A stretch of 64,000 nt of DNA from an uncultured delta proteobacterium (GTDB lineage Bacteria; Myxococcota_A; UBA9160; UBA4427). Below are positions 30,209-39,280 of the stretch, piece by piece (positions within the stretch are counted from its first letter, which is position 1; every line of letters starts with the position of its first letter). The position numbers were made by a program, and so were the translations under genes. The stretch spans positions 288,001 through 352,000 of the forward strand of contig CAWGJT010000012.1 of the NCBI GenBank assembly GCA_963822965.1, in the 5' to 3' direction. The notes under the pieces are model-generated. The model was not told where the DNA came from. It did not search any database and saw only the letters and a program-made list of their open reading frames with translations.

Positions 30209-33136
30209 ATGACGCGAGCCTGGCGTCTCTTCCGTTGCGGACTTCTCGGCATGCTCGTCGCAGGACCGGTAGCTGCCACGGCCTTCATCTCCGAGATCCA
30301 CTCTCCTTACGGCCCGCCGAGCGACGCGGCGCTCGGATCGGAGCCCGTAGCCGCCACGCCCTTCATTGCCGAGATCCACTCTCCTTACGGCCCGCAGAGC
30401 GACGCGGTGCTCGGATCGGGGCCCGTAGCCGCCACGGCCTTCATCGCCGAGATCCGCTCTCCTTACGGCCCGCAGAGCGACGCGGCGCTCGGATCGGAGC
30501 CCGTAGCCGCCACGCCCTTCATCGCCGAGATCCGCTCTCCTTACGGCCCGCAGAGCGACGCGGCGCTCGGCTCGGGGCCCGTAGCCGCCACGGCCTTCAT
30601 CGCCGAGATCCGCTCTCCTTACGGCCCGCCGAGCGACGCGGCGCTCGGATCGGAGCCCGTAGCCGCCACGCCCTTCATTGCCGAGATCCACTCTCCTTAC
30701 GGCCCGCAGAGCGACGCGGTGCTCGGCTCGGGGCCCGTAGCCGCCACGCCCTTCATTGCCGAGATCCACTCTCCTTACGGCCCGCAGAGCGACGCGGTGC
30801 TCGGCTCGGGGCCCGTAGCCGCCACGCCCTTCATTGCCGAGATCCACTCTCCTTACGGCCCGCAGAGCGACGCGGTGCTCGGCTCGGGGCCCGTAGCCGC
30901 CACGCCCTTCATTGCCGAGATCCACTATGACGACATCGGCGGGGATTCGGGGGAGGGCATCGAGATCGTCGGGGAGGCCGGCTTCGACCTCGGCGGGTGG
31001 CGCTTGGTGCTCTACAACGGCGCCACGGGCGCGCCCTATGCGAGCGTCGCGCTGGCGGCACGCCTCCCGGACGAGGGCCTGGGCTACGGGGCCCTCGCCG
31101 TGCTGCTCCCCACGAACGGCCTGCAGAACGGGCCGGACGGCATCGCGCTCGTCGACCCCGCGCTGGGGGTCGTCGAGCTCCTCAGCTACGAGGGCTCCTT
31201 CGCGGCGACGAGCGGGCCTGCCGCCGGTCTCGTGAGTCGGGACATCGGCGTGCGCGAGGGCCCGGACACGCCGGAAGGCACGTCGCTGCAGCGCGGCGGA
31301 GCCAGCCTGCAGGAAGACACCCGGGTGTGGCTGCCCCGACAGCCCGAGAGCTTCGGCGCCATCAACGAAGCCCAGAGCCTGGGGGCTGCGTGGGCTTTCG
31401 TGCCGATCGCCGCGCTGCAGGGGGCCGGCCATCGCTCTCCCTGGAGCGGTCACGGCGTGCGAACCCGGGGTGTGGTGACCGTCGTCGCGGGGGACGGCTT
31501 CTACCTCCAGGATCCCGTGGGCGACGGGGCACCGGAGACCTCGGAGGCGCTGTTCGCGGCGACGACCTCTCCGCCGGACCTGCTCCCGGGAGACGTGCTC
31601 ACGGTGAGCGGCGTGCCCCTCGAGCTCGAGCCGGGCAACGGCGGCGACGGCGACGGCGAGCTCTCGACGACGATCCTGGCCCTGTCCCGGATCGACGAGG
31701 TCGTCGCGGTGGGGAGCGCTCTGCCCGCACCGGTCCTCGTGGGTGCAGGCGGCCGCACGCCTCCCGCCCGGGTGATCGACGACGACGCGCTCACCCGCTT
31801 CGAGCCGGAACGGGACGGCATCGACTTCTGGGAGAGCCTCGAGGGCATGCGCGCGGTGCTGGCCGACGCGGTCAGTGTGTCCGCGACCAACTTCTTCGAC
31901 GAGACCTTCGCGGTGGCGGACCGCGGCGCGAGCGGGCTCGGCGTGCGCGGTGCGCTCGTCGGCTCGCCGGACGACGCCAACCCCGAGCGCATCCGAATCT
32001 ACGCGGATCCCGCCCGGACGGGGGACGTCGCCCCGGCCCAGCTCGGCGACGGGCTCGGAGACGTGGAGGGCGTCGTGGACTACGCGTTCGGGAGCTTCGA
32101 GCTGCGCGCCACCCGCGCCCTGCTCGTCGAGCCGAACCCGCTGGCCAGCGAGACGAGCGGCCTGGTCCCGGCCCCGGGGACCCTCACCCTGGCCAGCTAC
32201 AACCTCGAGAACTTCGGCCCCGCAGACCGGCTTCGTGCCGAGCGCATCGCGCGCCACATCGTCGACGCCCTGCACGCACCGGACGTCGTCGCCCTGCAGG
32301 AGATGCAGGACGACGACGGTCCGGCAGACAGCGGGGAGACGGGATCGGGCGGGAACGCGCGGATGCTCGTCGACGCCATCGAGCACGCTTCCGGACCGCG
32401 CTACGCCTGGATCGACCTGCCGCCCGAGGACGGCGCCGACGGCGGGCGGCCCGGCGCCAACATCCGGGTCGGCTTCCTGGTCGATCCGCTGCGCGTCTCG
32501 CTCGTCGCCGACAGCGTGCAGCGGCTGGTGGATCGCGACCCGTCCGACGGCGACGCGTTCGCGCACAGCCGCAAGCCCCTCGCGCTCGAGATCCGCCGGA
32601 ACGGCCGTCCCGTCGAGCTCGTCGGCGTTCACTTCACGTCTCGCGCGGGGGGGACCCCGGCCTTCGGCGCCGTGCAGCCGCCGATCGTGGGTGGCGCCTC
32701 GCGCCGGCTCGCCCAGGCCGAGGAGGTGCGGGCCTGGATCGAGAGCCGACGGGCCGCCGACCCCGAGGCGCTCTTCGTCGTGCTCGGAGACATGAACGAG
32801 GTGCCGCGTGCCGCGCCGCTCGCTGCGCTGGCCGCCCCGCCGACGGGGCTCCGGGACCTGGCCGATCGGCTGGCCGCCGGTGACCGCTACTCGTACGTGT
32901 TCGAGGGCCAGGCGGAGCTGCTCGACCACGTGTTCGTGAGCCCCGCCCTCTTCCCGCATGCGGCGTTCGACGCGGTGCACGTGAACACGGGGTTCCTGGA
33001 TGCCGCGAGCGACCACGACCCGGTGCTCGCGCGGCTCGACCTGCGAGCGCTGCCCGAGCCCGGCGCCGTTCGTCTCGGCGTCGCCGCCGCGATCAGCCTG
33101 CTGATGCTGCGCCGGCGGCGGCACCCGACTCGGTGA
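30209..33136 (+). CDS. Extracellular nuclease (LTD + OB + EEP domains, ExeM/NucH-like) with N-terminal 26-aa repeats and a C-terminal PEP-CTERM signal
   Basis: Signal peptide; EIHYDD..D.GE.IEI, LYNG and LQNGPDGIAL (LTD); GFYLQD; SYNLENF, ALQE, GDMN, LDHVFV, SDHDP (EEP); LPEP + TM + RRRR tail. Confidence 0.88.
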   Translation: MTRAWRLFRCGLLGMLVAGPVAATAFISEIHSPYGPPSDAALGSEPVAATPFIAEIHSPYGPQSDAVLGSGPVAATAFIAEIRSPYGPQSDAALGSEPVAATPFIAEIRSPYGPQSDAALGSGPVAATAFIAEIRSPYGPPSDAALGSEPVAATPFIAEIHSPYGPQSDAVLGSGPVAATPFIAEIHSPYGPQSDAVLGSGPVAATPFIAEIHSPYGPQSDAVLGSGPVAATPFIAEIHYDDIGGDSGEGIEIVGEAGFDLGGWRLVLYNGATGAPYASVALAARLPDEGLGYGALAVLLPTNGLQNGPDGIALVDPALGVVELLSYEGSFAATSGPAAGLVSRDIGVREGPDTPEGTSLQRGGASLQEDTRVWLPRQPESFGAINEAQSLGAAWAFVPIAALQGAGHRSPWSGHGVRTRGVVTVVAGDGFYLQDPVGDGAPETSEALFAATTSPPDLLPGDVLTVSGVPLELEPGNGGDGDGELSTTILALSRIDEVVAVGSALPAPVLVGAGGRTPPARVIDDDALTRFEPERDGIDFWESLEGMRAVLADAVSVSATNFFDETFAVADRGASGLGVRGALVGSPDDANPERIRIYADPARTGDVAPAQLGDGLGDVEGVVDYAFGSFELRATRALLVEPNPLASETSGLVPAPGTLTLASYNLENFGPADRLRAERIARHIVDALHAPDVVALQEMQDDDGPADSGETGSGGNARMLVDAIEHASGPRYAWIDLPPEDGADGGRPGANIRVGFLVDPLRVSLVADSVQRLVDRDPSDGDAFAHSRKPLALEIRRNGRPVELVGVHFTSRAGGTPAFGAVQPPIVGGASRRLAQAEEVRAWIESRRAADPEALFVVLGDMNEVPRAAPLAALAAPPTGLRDLADRLAAGDRYSYVFEGQAELLDHVFVSPALFPHAAFDAVHVNTGFLDAASDHDPVLARLDLRALPEPGAVRLGVAAAISLLMLRRRRHPTR
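30266..30925 (+). repeat. In-frame 78-bp tandem array, 8 full units plus a 36-bp partial unit
   Basis: Unit PVAAT(A/P)FIAEI(H/R)SPYGP(P/Q)SDA(A/V)LGS(E/G), directly visible. Confidence 0.97.
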
Positions 33137-33698
33137 GGCGGAATCGGATGCGATCCGGCTCGGGACGATCGAGCGCCGTGTGGACGCGGCCGTCGGACAC
33201 CCGGTCCACCCACCACTCGAGGAAGCCGTGCGCGGTGTGGGCCGCCACCTCGGGAAAATCCCGGGCCTCCGTCGCGACGATGTCCCACACCCCCGGCGAC
33301 ACCTCGGAGAAGCTCCAGTGGGTGAAGTTGTAGAGAACCGCGGCGATGCCCACCATGAGCTCGCCCGCCCGTTTGCCCCAGGTGCCGGGCGCCGCGCCGA
33401 ACTGCTCGTAGGTGCCGCCCAGCAGACGCTCGGCGGCCCGCGCGCCCCGCTCGCGGAGGTAGGCTTGCGGGCGCGCGCCGCCCTCGACGTGGGCCAGCAG
33501 GTCGAGCAGTCGTCCGTAGCTGGCCATGGGCATCCAGGACACCGCCGTCACGACGCTGTCCATCAGGGCTCGGTCCTTCTCGGAGAGTCGCGACTCGAGA
33601 TCCGCGGCCGTGATGCGCTCTTCGGCGACGGCCTTGCGGACGTCGGCCACGACCGACGAGTAGATGGACCCCTTCACCGACGGCACGTGCTCGCTCAT
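33093..33698 (-). CDS. Hypothetical protein (resembles myxobacterial DUF2378 / H-NOX-like family)
   Basis: VKGS.....V, SWMP...Y, G...A...L.G.Y and LYNF..W pattern; GAGGGG RBS. Confidence 0.55.
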   Translation of the reverse strand: MSEHVPSVKGSIYSSVVADVRKAVAEERITAADLESRLSEKDRALMDSVVTAVSWMPMASYGRLLDLLAHVEGGARPQAYLRERGARAAERLLGGTYEQFGAAPGTWGKRAGELMVGIAAVLYNFTHWSFSEVSPGVWDIVATEARDFPEVAAHTAHGFLEWWVDRVSDGRVHTALDRPEPDRIRFRLTESGAAAGAASAG

Positions 33699-33773
33699 TC
33701 CGCCCCCTCCCCCAGGATCGACCCAGTATCGGATCGGCGGGCTTCCCGGTTGAGGGGTTCTCGGCCGGGCCGC

Positions 33774-34607
33774 TCAGGTCCCGCCGGGGGGGTCCTGCTG
33801 GTAGAGGTCGATGATGCGGGTGGCGTTCTCCTCGACCGCCCGCCCTCCCACGTCGACGAGCTTCCAGCCGCGCCGGCGGAAGAGCCTGCGCGCGTGCTCG
33901 AGCTCGGCCTTCATCTCATCCGGGTCGGTGTACGCCGTGGTGTAGGTGCGCGAGCCGATGGCGCGCACCCGCGCCTGGCGCAGGGGCTTGAGCTTGTTCG
34001 GGTCGATGATGAGGCCGAAGACCTTGCGGGGATCCATCTCGAGCAGCACCCGGGGCGGCTCGACTCCGGGCACCAGCGGGACGTTTCCCGTCTTGTAGCC
34101 GCGCTGGGCGAGGTACATGCCGAGGGGGGTCTTGGAGGTGCGGGAGACCCCGGTGAGCACGATGTCGGCCTCGACCAGGGTGTGGAGGTTCGCTCCGTCG
34201 TCGTGGCGGACCGCGAACTCGACGGCCTCGACCCGCTGGAAGTACTCGTCGGTGAACCCGTGCAGTAGACCGGGCTGGTGCCGCGGCTCGGTGTGCAAGC
34301 GCTGCGCGACCTTGTGGATCAGCGGGCCCAGCAGGTCCACCGTGATGACGCCGAGCTCTTCGGCCTCCTGCTGGAGCGCCGCCACGATGCGGCCCTCGAC
34401 GAGACTGAACACGACGAGCGCGCGGGATTCCGCGGCCTTGGGCATCACCCGTCGCAGCTCGGATTCGTGCCGGATGCCCCCGAAGACGCGCAGGCGCCAG
34501 GGCGCCTGGAACTGGAGCATCGCTGCCCGCACGGCGGCGGCGCACGTCTCACCGGTGCCGTCGGAGATGACGAAGACCTCGGTGAGTGAGGGCTCGGGCT
34601 CGGTCAT
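33774..34607 (-). CDS. PEP synthase / pyruvate-phosphate dikinase regulatory protein (DUF299 kinase/pyrophosphorylase)
   Basis: ISDGTGET, YFQRVEAVEFAVRHDDG, GVSRTSKTP, AVEENA. Confidence 0.93.
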   Translation of the reverse strand: MTEPEPSLTEVFVISDGTGETCAAAVRAAMLQFQAPWRLRVFGGIRHESELRRVMPKAAESRALVVFSLVEGRIVAALQQEAEELGVITVDLLGPLIHKVAQRLHTEPRHQPGLLHGFTDEYFQRVEAVEFAVRHDDGANLHTLVEADIVLTGVSRTSKTPLGMYLAQRGYKTGNVPLVPGVEPPRVLLEMDPRKVFGLIIDPNKLKPLRQARVRAIGSRTYTTAYTDPDEMKAELEHARRLFRRRGWKLVDVGGRAVEENATRIIDLYQQDPPGGT

Positions 34608-34698
34608 GCGCCGACGTTAGCAGGGCGCTCGCGGACCCCGGAGCCGAACCCGGTGCGCGTTGACGCTCGGCGGGCCCGCCGGCATGCTCTGCGGGCCC

Positions 34699-37392
34699 AT
34701 GCCCTACGAACCGAAGCAGATCGAGCCGAAATGGCAGGCCTACTGGCTCCAGCACGAGACGTTCCGGGTCGAGCTCGACACCGCGAAGCCCAAGTACTAC
34801 GTGCTGGACATGTTCCCCTATCCCTCGGGCGACGGTCTGCACGCCGGGCATCCCGAGGGCTACACGGCCACCGACATCGTGGCCCGCTACAAGCGCATGC
34901 GCGGATTCAACGTGCTGCACCCCATGGGCTGGGACGCCTTCGGCCTGCCCGCCGAGCAGTACGCGATCAAGACGGGAACCCACCCGCGCGTCACCACCCA
35001 GCGCAACATCGACCGCTTCCGGGAGCAGATCCGCTCCTTCGGCTTCAGCTACGACTGGTCGCGGGAGATCGACACCACCTCGCCCGGGTACTTCAAGTGG
35101 ACGCAGTGGATCTTCTGCAAGCTCTACGAGCGCGGACTCGCCTATCGCGCCGAGGTGCCGGTGAACTGGTGCCCGGCGCTGGGCACGGTGCTCGCCAACG
35201 AGGAGGTGATCGACGGCAAGAGCGAGGTGGGCGGACATCCCGTCGAGCGCCGCCCCATGCTGCAATGGATGCTGCGGATCACCCGGTACGCGGACCGTCT
35301 GATCGAGGACCTCGACGAGCTCGACTGGCCCGAGTCCATCAAGAAGATGCAGCGGGAATGGATCGGACGCTCCGAGGGCGCCCGCATCCGCTTCGCCATC
35401 GCGAACCACGAGGGGAACGAGACGATCGAGGTCTTCACGACCCGTCCCGACACCCTGTTCGGCGCCACGTACATGGTGCTCGCCCCGGAGCACCCGCTCG
35501 TCCCGGAGATCACCAGCGACGCCCAGCGCGAGGCCGTCCGGGCCTACGTGGCAAAGAGTGCGAACCGCAGCGAGCGGGCGCGGCTCGCCGAGAAGACGGG
35601 CGTCTTCACCGGGGCCCACGCGGTGCATCCCGTCACGGGCGAGCCCCTGCCCGTGTGGATCGCCGACTACGTGCTCGCCGGATACGGGACGGGGGCCATC
35701 ATGGCGGTCCCGGCCCACGACGAGCGGGACCACGAGTTCGCGCGCGCCTTCGGTCTGCCCATCGTCCCGGTGGTCTCGTGCCCCGAGGGCCACGACGTGC
35801 AGCGGGAAGCCTGGCCGGGCGAGGGCACCGCCATCCACTCGGACTTCCTCGACGGCCTCTCCACCGCCGAGGCCAAGAAGCGGATGACCGGGTGGCTCGT
35901 CGAGCACGGGGTCGGCGAGGCGGAGACCACCTACAAGCTGCGCGACTGGCTCTTCAGCCGGCAGCGCTACTGGGGCGAGCCCTTCCCGGTGATCCACCGG
36001 GAAGACGGCACCACCGCGCTGGTTCCCCTCTCGGATCTTCCCATCACGCTGCCGGAGCTCGACGACTTCAAGCCCAGCGGCGACTTCCAGCCGCCCCTGG
36101 CGCGGGTGCGGGAGTGGATCGAGACCACGGACCCCGAGACGGGCCGCCCCGCCCTGCGCGACGCGAACACCATGCCCCAGTGGGCCGGCAGCTGCTGGTA
36201 CTTCCTGCGCTTCGTCGACCCGAGCAACGCCGAGGAGGCCTGGAGCCAGGCCGCGTCGGACTACTGGATGCCGGTCGACCTCTACGTGGGCGGCGCCGAG
36301 CACGCCGTCCTGCACCTGCTCTACGCGCGCTTCTGGCACAAGGTGTTCTACGACATGGGGCTCGTGAAGACGAAGGAGCCCTTCCAGAAGCTCGTCAACC
36401 AGGGGATGATCCTCGGCGAGAGCTTCCGCTACTACGACGACAACCCGAGCGACAAGACCGACGTCCCCGTAAACTTCTACGGCGCCGACGAGGTGACGCT
36501 CGAGGGCGAGGCGGCGTTCTCGAAGGCGACCGGCGCCGAGCTGAAGGCGCGCTGGATCATGCCGGGCGAGGTCACCTACGGGGCCGACGGCCGACCGCGG
36601 CACCCCGAGCACCCCGAGCTGCGCCTCGAGCCGGTGATCGAGAAGATGTCCAAGAGCCGGGGCAACGTGGTGAATCCCGACGACGTGGTGGACGAGCTCG
36701 GCGCGGACTCGCTGCGCCTCTACGAGATGTTCCTCGGTCCGCTCGAGAAGGCGGCGCCGTGGTCGACCCGCGACATCCAGGGCGTGCACCGCTTCCTGCA
36801 CCGGGCCTGGCGGCTACTGATCGAGGAGGCGGGTGTTGCGACGGAGGTCGAGACTCACGTCAAGACGAGCGTCGAGACCGGTCTCCTCAGCAGCGAGAAG
36901 CTACGGACACTCGTCCCGGGCGATGGCACATCCGAGCAGGCCCGGCTCACGGCGGAGACCATCGCCGGCGTCACGGACGACATCGAGGGGATGCGCTTCA
37001 ACACCGCCATCTCGAAGCTGATGGTGATGGTGCGCGACATCGCGAAGGACGCCCCGCTCCCGGAGAACGCGGCGCGCGACTTCGTGCTGCTGCTGTCGCC
37101 CTTTGCGCCGCACCTGGGCGAGGAGCTGTGGCAGCGCCTCGGGAACACGACGACCCTCGCCTACGAGCCCTGGCCCGAGGCGGACCGCGCCCTGCTCGTC
37201 GCCAGCACGGTCACCCTGGCCGTCCAGGTGAACGGCAAGCGCCGGGACGAGATCCAAGTGCCCCCGGACGCCGACGAGGAGTCCATCCGGGCGGCGGCCC
37301 TCGCCTGCGAGGGCGTCCAGCGACATCTGCAAGGACGCGAGCCGCGCAAGGTGATCGTGGTGCCCGGAAGGCTCGTCAACGTCGTCGGCTAG
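34699..37392 (+). CDS. leuS: Leucine--tRNA ligase
   Basis: MFPYPSG.GLHAGH (HIGH), [30 protein letters not shown]. Confidence 0.98.
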   Translation: MPYEPKQIEPKWQAYWLQHETFRVELDTAKPKYYVLDMFPYPSGDGLHAGHPEGYTATDIVARYKRMRGFNVLHPMGWDAFGLPAEQYAIKTGTHPRVTTQRNIDRFREQIRSFGFSYDWSREIDTTSPGYFKWTQWIFCKLYERGLAYRAEVPVNWCPALGTVLANEEVIDGKSEVGGHPVERRPMLQWMLRITRYADRLIEDLDELDWPESIKKMQREWIGRSEGARIRFAIANHEGNETIEVFTTRPDTLFGATYMVLAPEHPLVPEITSDAQREAVRAYVAKSANRSERARLAEKTGVFTGAHAVHPVTGEPLPVWIADYVLAGYGTGAIMAVPAHDERDHEFARAFGLPIVPVVSCPEGHDVQREAWPGEGTAIHSDFLDGLSTAEAKKRMTGWLVEHGVGEAETTYKLRDWLFSRQRYWGEPFPVIHREDGTTALVPLSDLPITLPELDDFKPSGDFQPPLARVREWIETTDPETGRPALRDANTMPQWAGSCWYFLRFVDPSNAEEAWSQAASDYWMPVDLYVGGAEHAVLHLLYARFWHKVFYDMGLVKTKEPFQKLVNQGMILGESFRYYDDNPSDKTDVPVNFYGADEVTLEGEAAFSKATGAELKARWIMPGEVTYGADGRPRHPEHPELRLEPVIEKMSKSRGNVVNPDDVVDELGADSLRLYEMFLGPLEKAAPWSTRDIQGVHRFLHRAWRLLIEEAGVATEVETHVKTSVETGLLSSEKLRTLVPGDGTSEQARLTAETIAGVTDDIEGMRFNTAISKLMVMVRDIAKDAPLPENAARDFVLLLSPFAPHLGEELWQRLGNTTTLAYEPWPEADRALLVASTVTLAVQVNGKRRDEIQVPPDADEESIRAAALACEGVQRHLQGREPRKVIVVPGRLVNVVG

Positions 37393-37565
37393 AGGCCCGG
37401 CCGGAAATTGTACCGCGGCACCGAGAGCGTCATCCGCGGCGTCCTGGCAAGGCGCGCGACCGAGGCGCAGCCGAAGAGCCGAAGCTACGGCGACGGGAGC
37501 GGAACGCAGCCAGGGCGCCGCAGGGGCGCTCGAATGCAGGTCGCACCTTCCGGCCGGGCCTCTAG
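37389..37565. mobile_element. 177-bp CTAG-bounded element (MITE-like or structured RNA), copy A
   Basis: Perfect 18-bp terminal inverted repeats CTAGAGGCCCGGCCGGAA; left CTAG overlaps the leuS stop; core shared with 57021-57216. Confidence 0.65.
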
Positions 37566-37591
37566 CCCTGATCCGCCATGCGGATCAGGGC
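37565..37591. other. Perfect 12-bp hairpin GCCCTGATCCGC-CAT-GCGGATCAGGGC (possible terminator or REP-like)
   Basis: Directly visible; no T-tract. Confidence 0.55.
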
Positions 37592-37893
37592 GCAACTCCC
37601 AATGCCTGGCGAATCGCTGCGTCTTGCTCGGCCCGTGCCGCGATCCGAGCCCGACGCCAGGACCTCATGGGAACGAGGTTGTCGCGCTCAGGCTGATTCC
37701 GCCGTTCTCGCACGATCCGCGACGGCTGGCAGGGTCTGCGGCACGCGGGAAAGCGCGCTGAATGACGCATCGGGGCCAGCTGAGGGAGCCCGTTGGGCTC
37801 CCCTTGCCGAGGAGCCGGGGGAGAGGACTCGGTAGACCGGAGCACCGGAGCTGTGGAACCGACGTCCTCTCCCGGGATCCTGCGATCCCGTAC

Positions 37894-37920
37894 GTCGCGC
37901 TTCGAGGCCCAAAGGTTGCA
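37894..37920 (-). promoter_or_regulatory. Candidate ECF sigma promoter (TGCAACC-N16-CGAC)
   Basis: Matches the generic ECF -35 AAC and -10 CG pattern with 16-nt spacing. Confidence 0.4.
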
Positions 37921-37963
37921 CGCTGCCCGGTCCGTCTGGGATGGCCGGCCCGGCCGGCGCGCC

Positions 37964-38410
37964 TCAGTCTCGCGACACGGGCCGTCCGGGCGGCGCGTAC
38001 ACGTAGTCCGTGTCGCGCGGCTTCAGCCGGGAGGAATCCCCGTCGATCTCCCAACGACGCACGCGGATCACCACGGCGGGCAGCTCGGGCTGGGCGGCGA
38101 AGAGTCTCTCCGCGAGGTCGTCCGGCTCGAGCAGCCGGCCCCAGCGCCCCCGTCTCTCCGCGAACTCGCGCAGCGCGCCGTAGGAGGCCGGCGAGATGGC
38201 GTTCCAGTCGGGCTCGGCGGTGCTTTCGGGACTCTCGAGGCGTCCGGCCCGTACCGTCACCCGCAGGTTCGGGACCGCGTACATCGCGAAGCCGAAGAAG
38301 GCCCACGGATCGAGCTCGTAGCGGCGCGCGAGCCCGTGCTGCACCAGGGGCCAGGTCGCGACGAGCACCACCAGGGCCGTCGCCAGCCGCAGGCGCGTGC
38401 GGGTCGTCAC
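37964..38410 (-). CDS. Hypothetical membrane-anchored protein (HTTM partner-like)
   Basis: N-terminal TM; DPWAFFGFAMYAVP motif; GTGA overlap with the upstream gene. Confidence 0.6.
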   Translation of the reverse strand: MTTRTRLRLATALVVLVATWPLVQHGLARRYELDPWAFFGFAMYAVPNLRVTVRAGRLESPESTAEPDWNAISPASYGALREFAERRGRWGRLLEPDDLAERLFAAQPELPAVVIRVRRWEIDGDSSRLKPRDTDYVYAPPGRPVSRD

Positions 38411-39276
38411 GTGAAGAACCAGCGGGGCAGGAGCCCCAGGCTCGTCGCCAGCAACACGGCGAGACCCGCGTAGAGGACGGGCTGCGCGCGCCGGAGCCAG
38501 GTCGGGGGTCCGAACGAGAGCGCGAGGCCGGCCATCAGGCTGCCGAAGAAGACCTCGCGCGCCGCCGACTCGATCACCGCGAAGTACGCGAGCGTTCCCC
38601 ACACCGCGAGCCGCCGTGTGGCGGGCACCAGCAGCAGGACGGGCAACACCAGCTCCGCCACGTAGGCGAGCGTCGATGCGACCAGGAACATCGGCGAGTC
38701 CACCCGGAACGGTCCCGCGCCCTCCTGGATCGTCATCCGCGCGAGCCGCTCGTACTCCGCCGCGGGCATCAGGTGCTGCAGGACGGCGGCGAAGCGGGGA
38801 TTCTGCGGAATCGTGAAGGCGAGCAGCTCTCCCGAGAAGTAGTGACCGTAGAGGAGCTTCTGCAGCCCCGCGTGGAAGAGCCCCAGCACGAGCAGCCAAC
38901 GCAGGGCGCAAGTCAGCCCGCGGACCTCGTCGTCCACGTCGTCCCGCAGCAGCATCAGGAGCGCCAGGCAGACGAGCTGCAGGTACTGGTGGTTCGCGCT
39001 GCCGGGGAACTGCCAGGCGAAGTCCACACCCACCGCCAGGGCGGCGGCCGGAACGGCTGCCCGAGCCCAGCCCGAGCGCCAGGCGGCGACGGCGGCCGCG
39101 GTCGCGAGCAGCGACAGCGAGAGGGCCAGGAGCTGCGACGGCTGGCCGACGAGGCGCGCGGTGCGCGCCCACAGCTCCACGGCGATCAGCCCGAGCAGGA
39201 AGCGGCGAAGGACGACGGCCTTCGCGCGAGCCGCGTCGGGCTCGTCCGACCCGAGCAGCAGCCCGCGACCGGTCAG
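38407..39276 (-). CDS. Polytopic membrane protein, HTTM-like; start uncertain (CTG at 39276 or GTG at 39180)
   Basis: ANHQYL, FHAGLQKL..G.Y..GE and YVAELVLP motifs; multiple TM segments. Confidence 0.6.
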   Translation of the reverse strand: MTGRGLLLGSDEPDAARAKAVVLRRFLLGLIAVELWARTARLVGQPSQLLALSLSLLATAAAVAAWRSGWARAAVPAAALAVGVDFAWQFPGSANHQYLQLVCLALLMLLRDDVDDEVRGLTCALRWLLVLGLFHAGLQKLLYGHYFSGELLAFTIPQNPRFAAVLQHLMPAAEYERLARMTIQEGAGPFRVDSPMFLVASTLAYVAELVLPVLLLVPATRRLAVWGTLAYFAVIESAAREVFFGSLMAGLALSFGPPTWLRRAQPVLYAGLAVLLATSLGLLPRWFFT

Positions 39277-39280
39277 CGTC

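Noticed and set aside
30266..30925. 78-bp array as a CRISPR array or DGR template
   Set aside because: No unique spacers, units are in frame within a CDS, variation is not adenine-specific, and no cas or RT gene is in the window.
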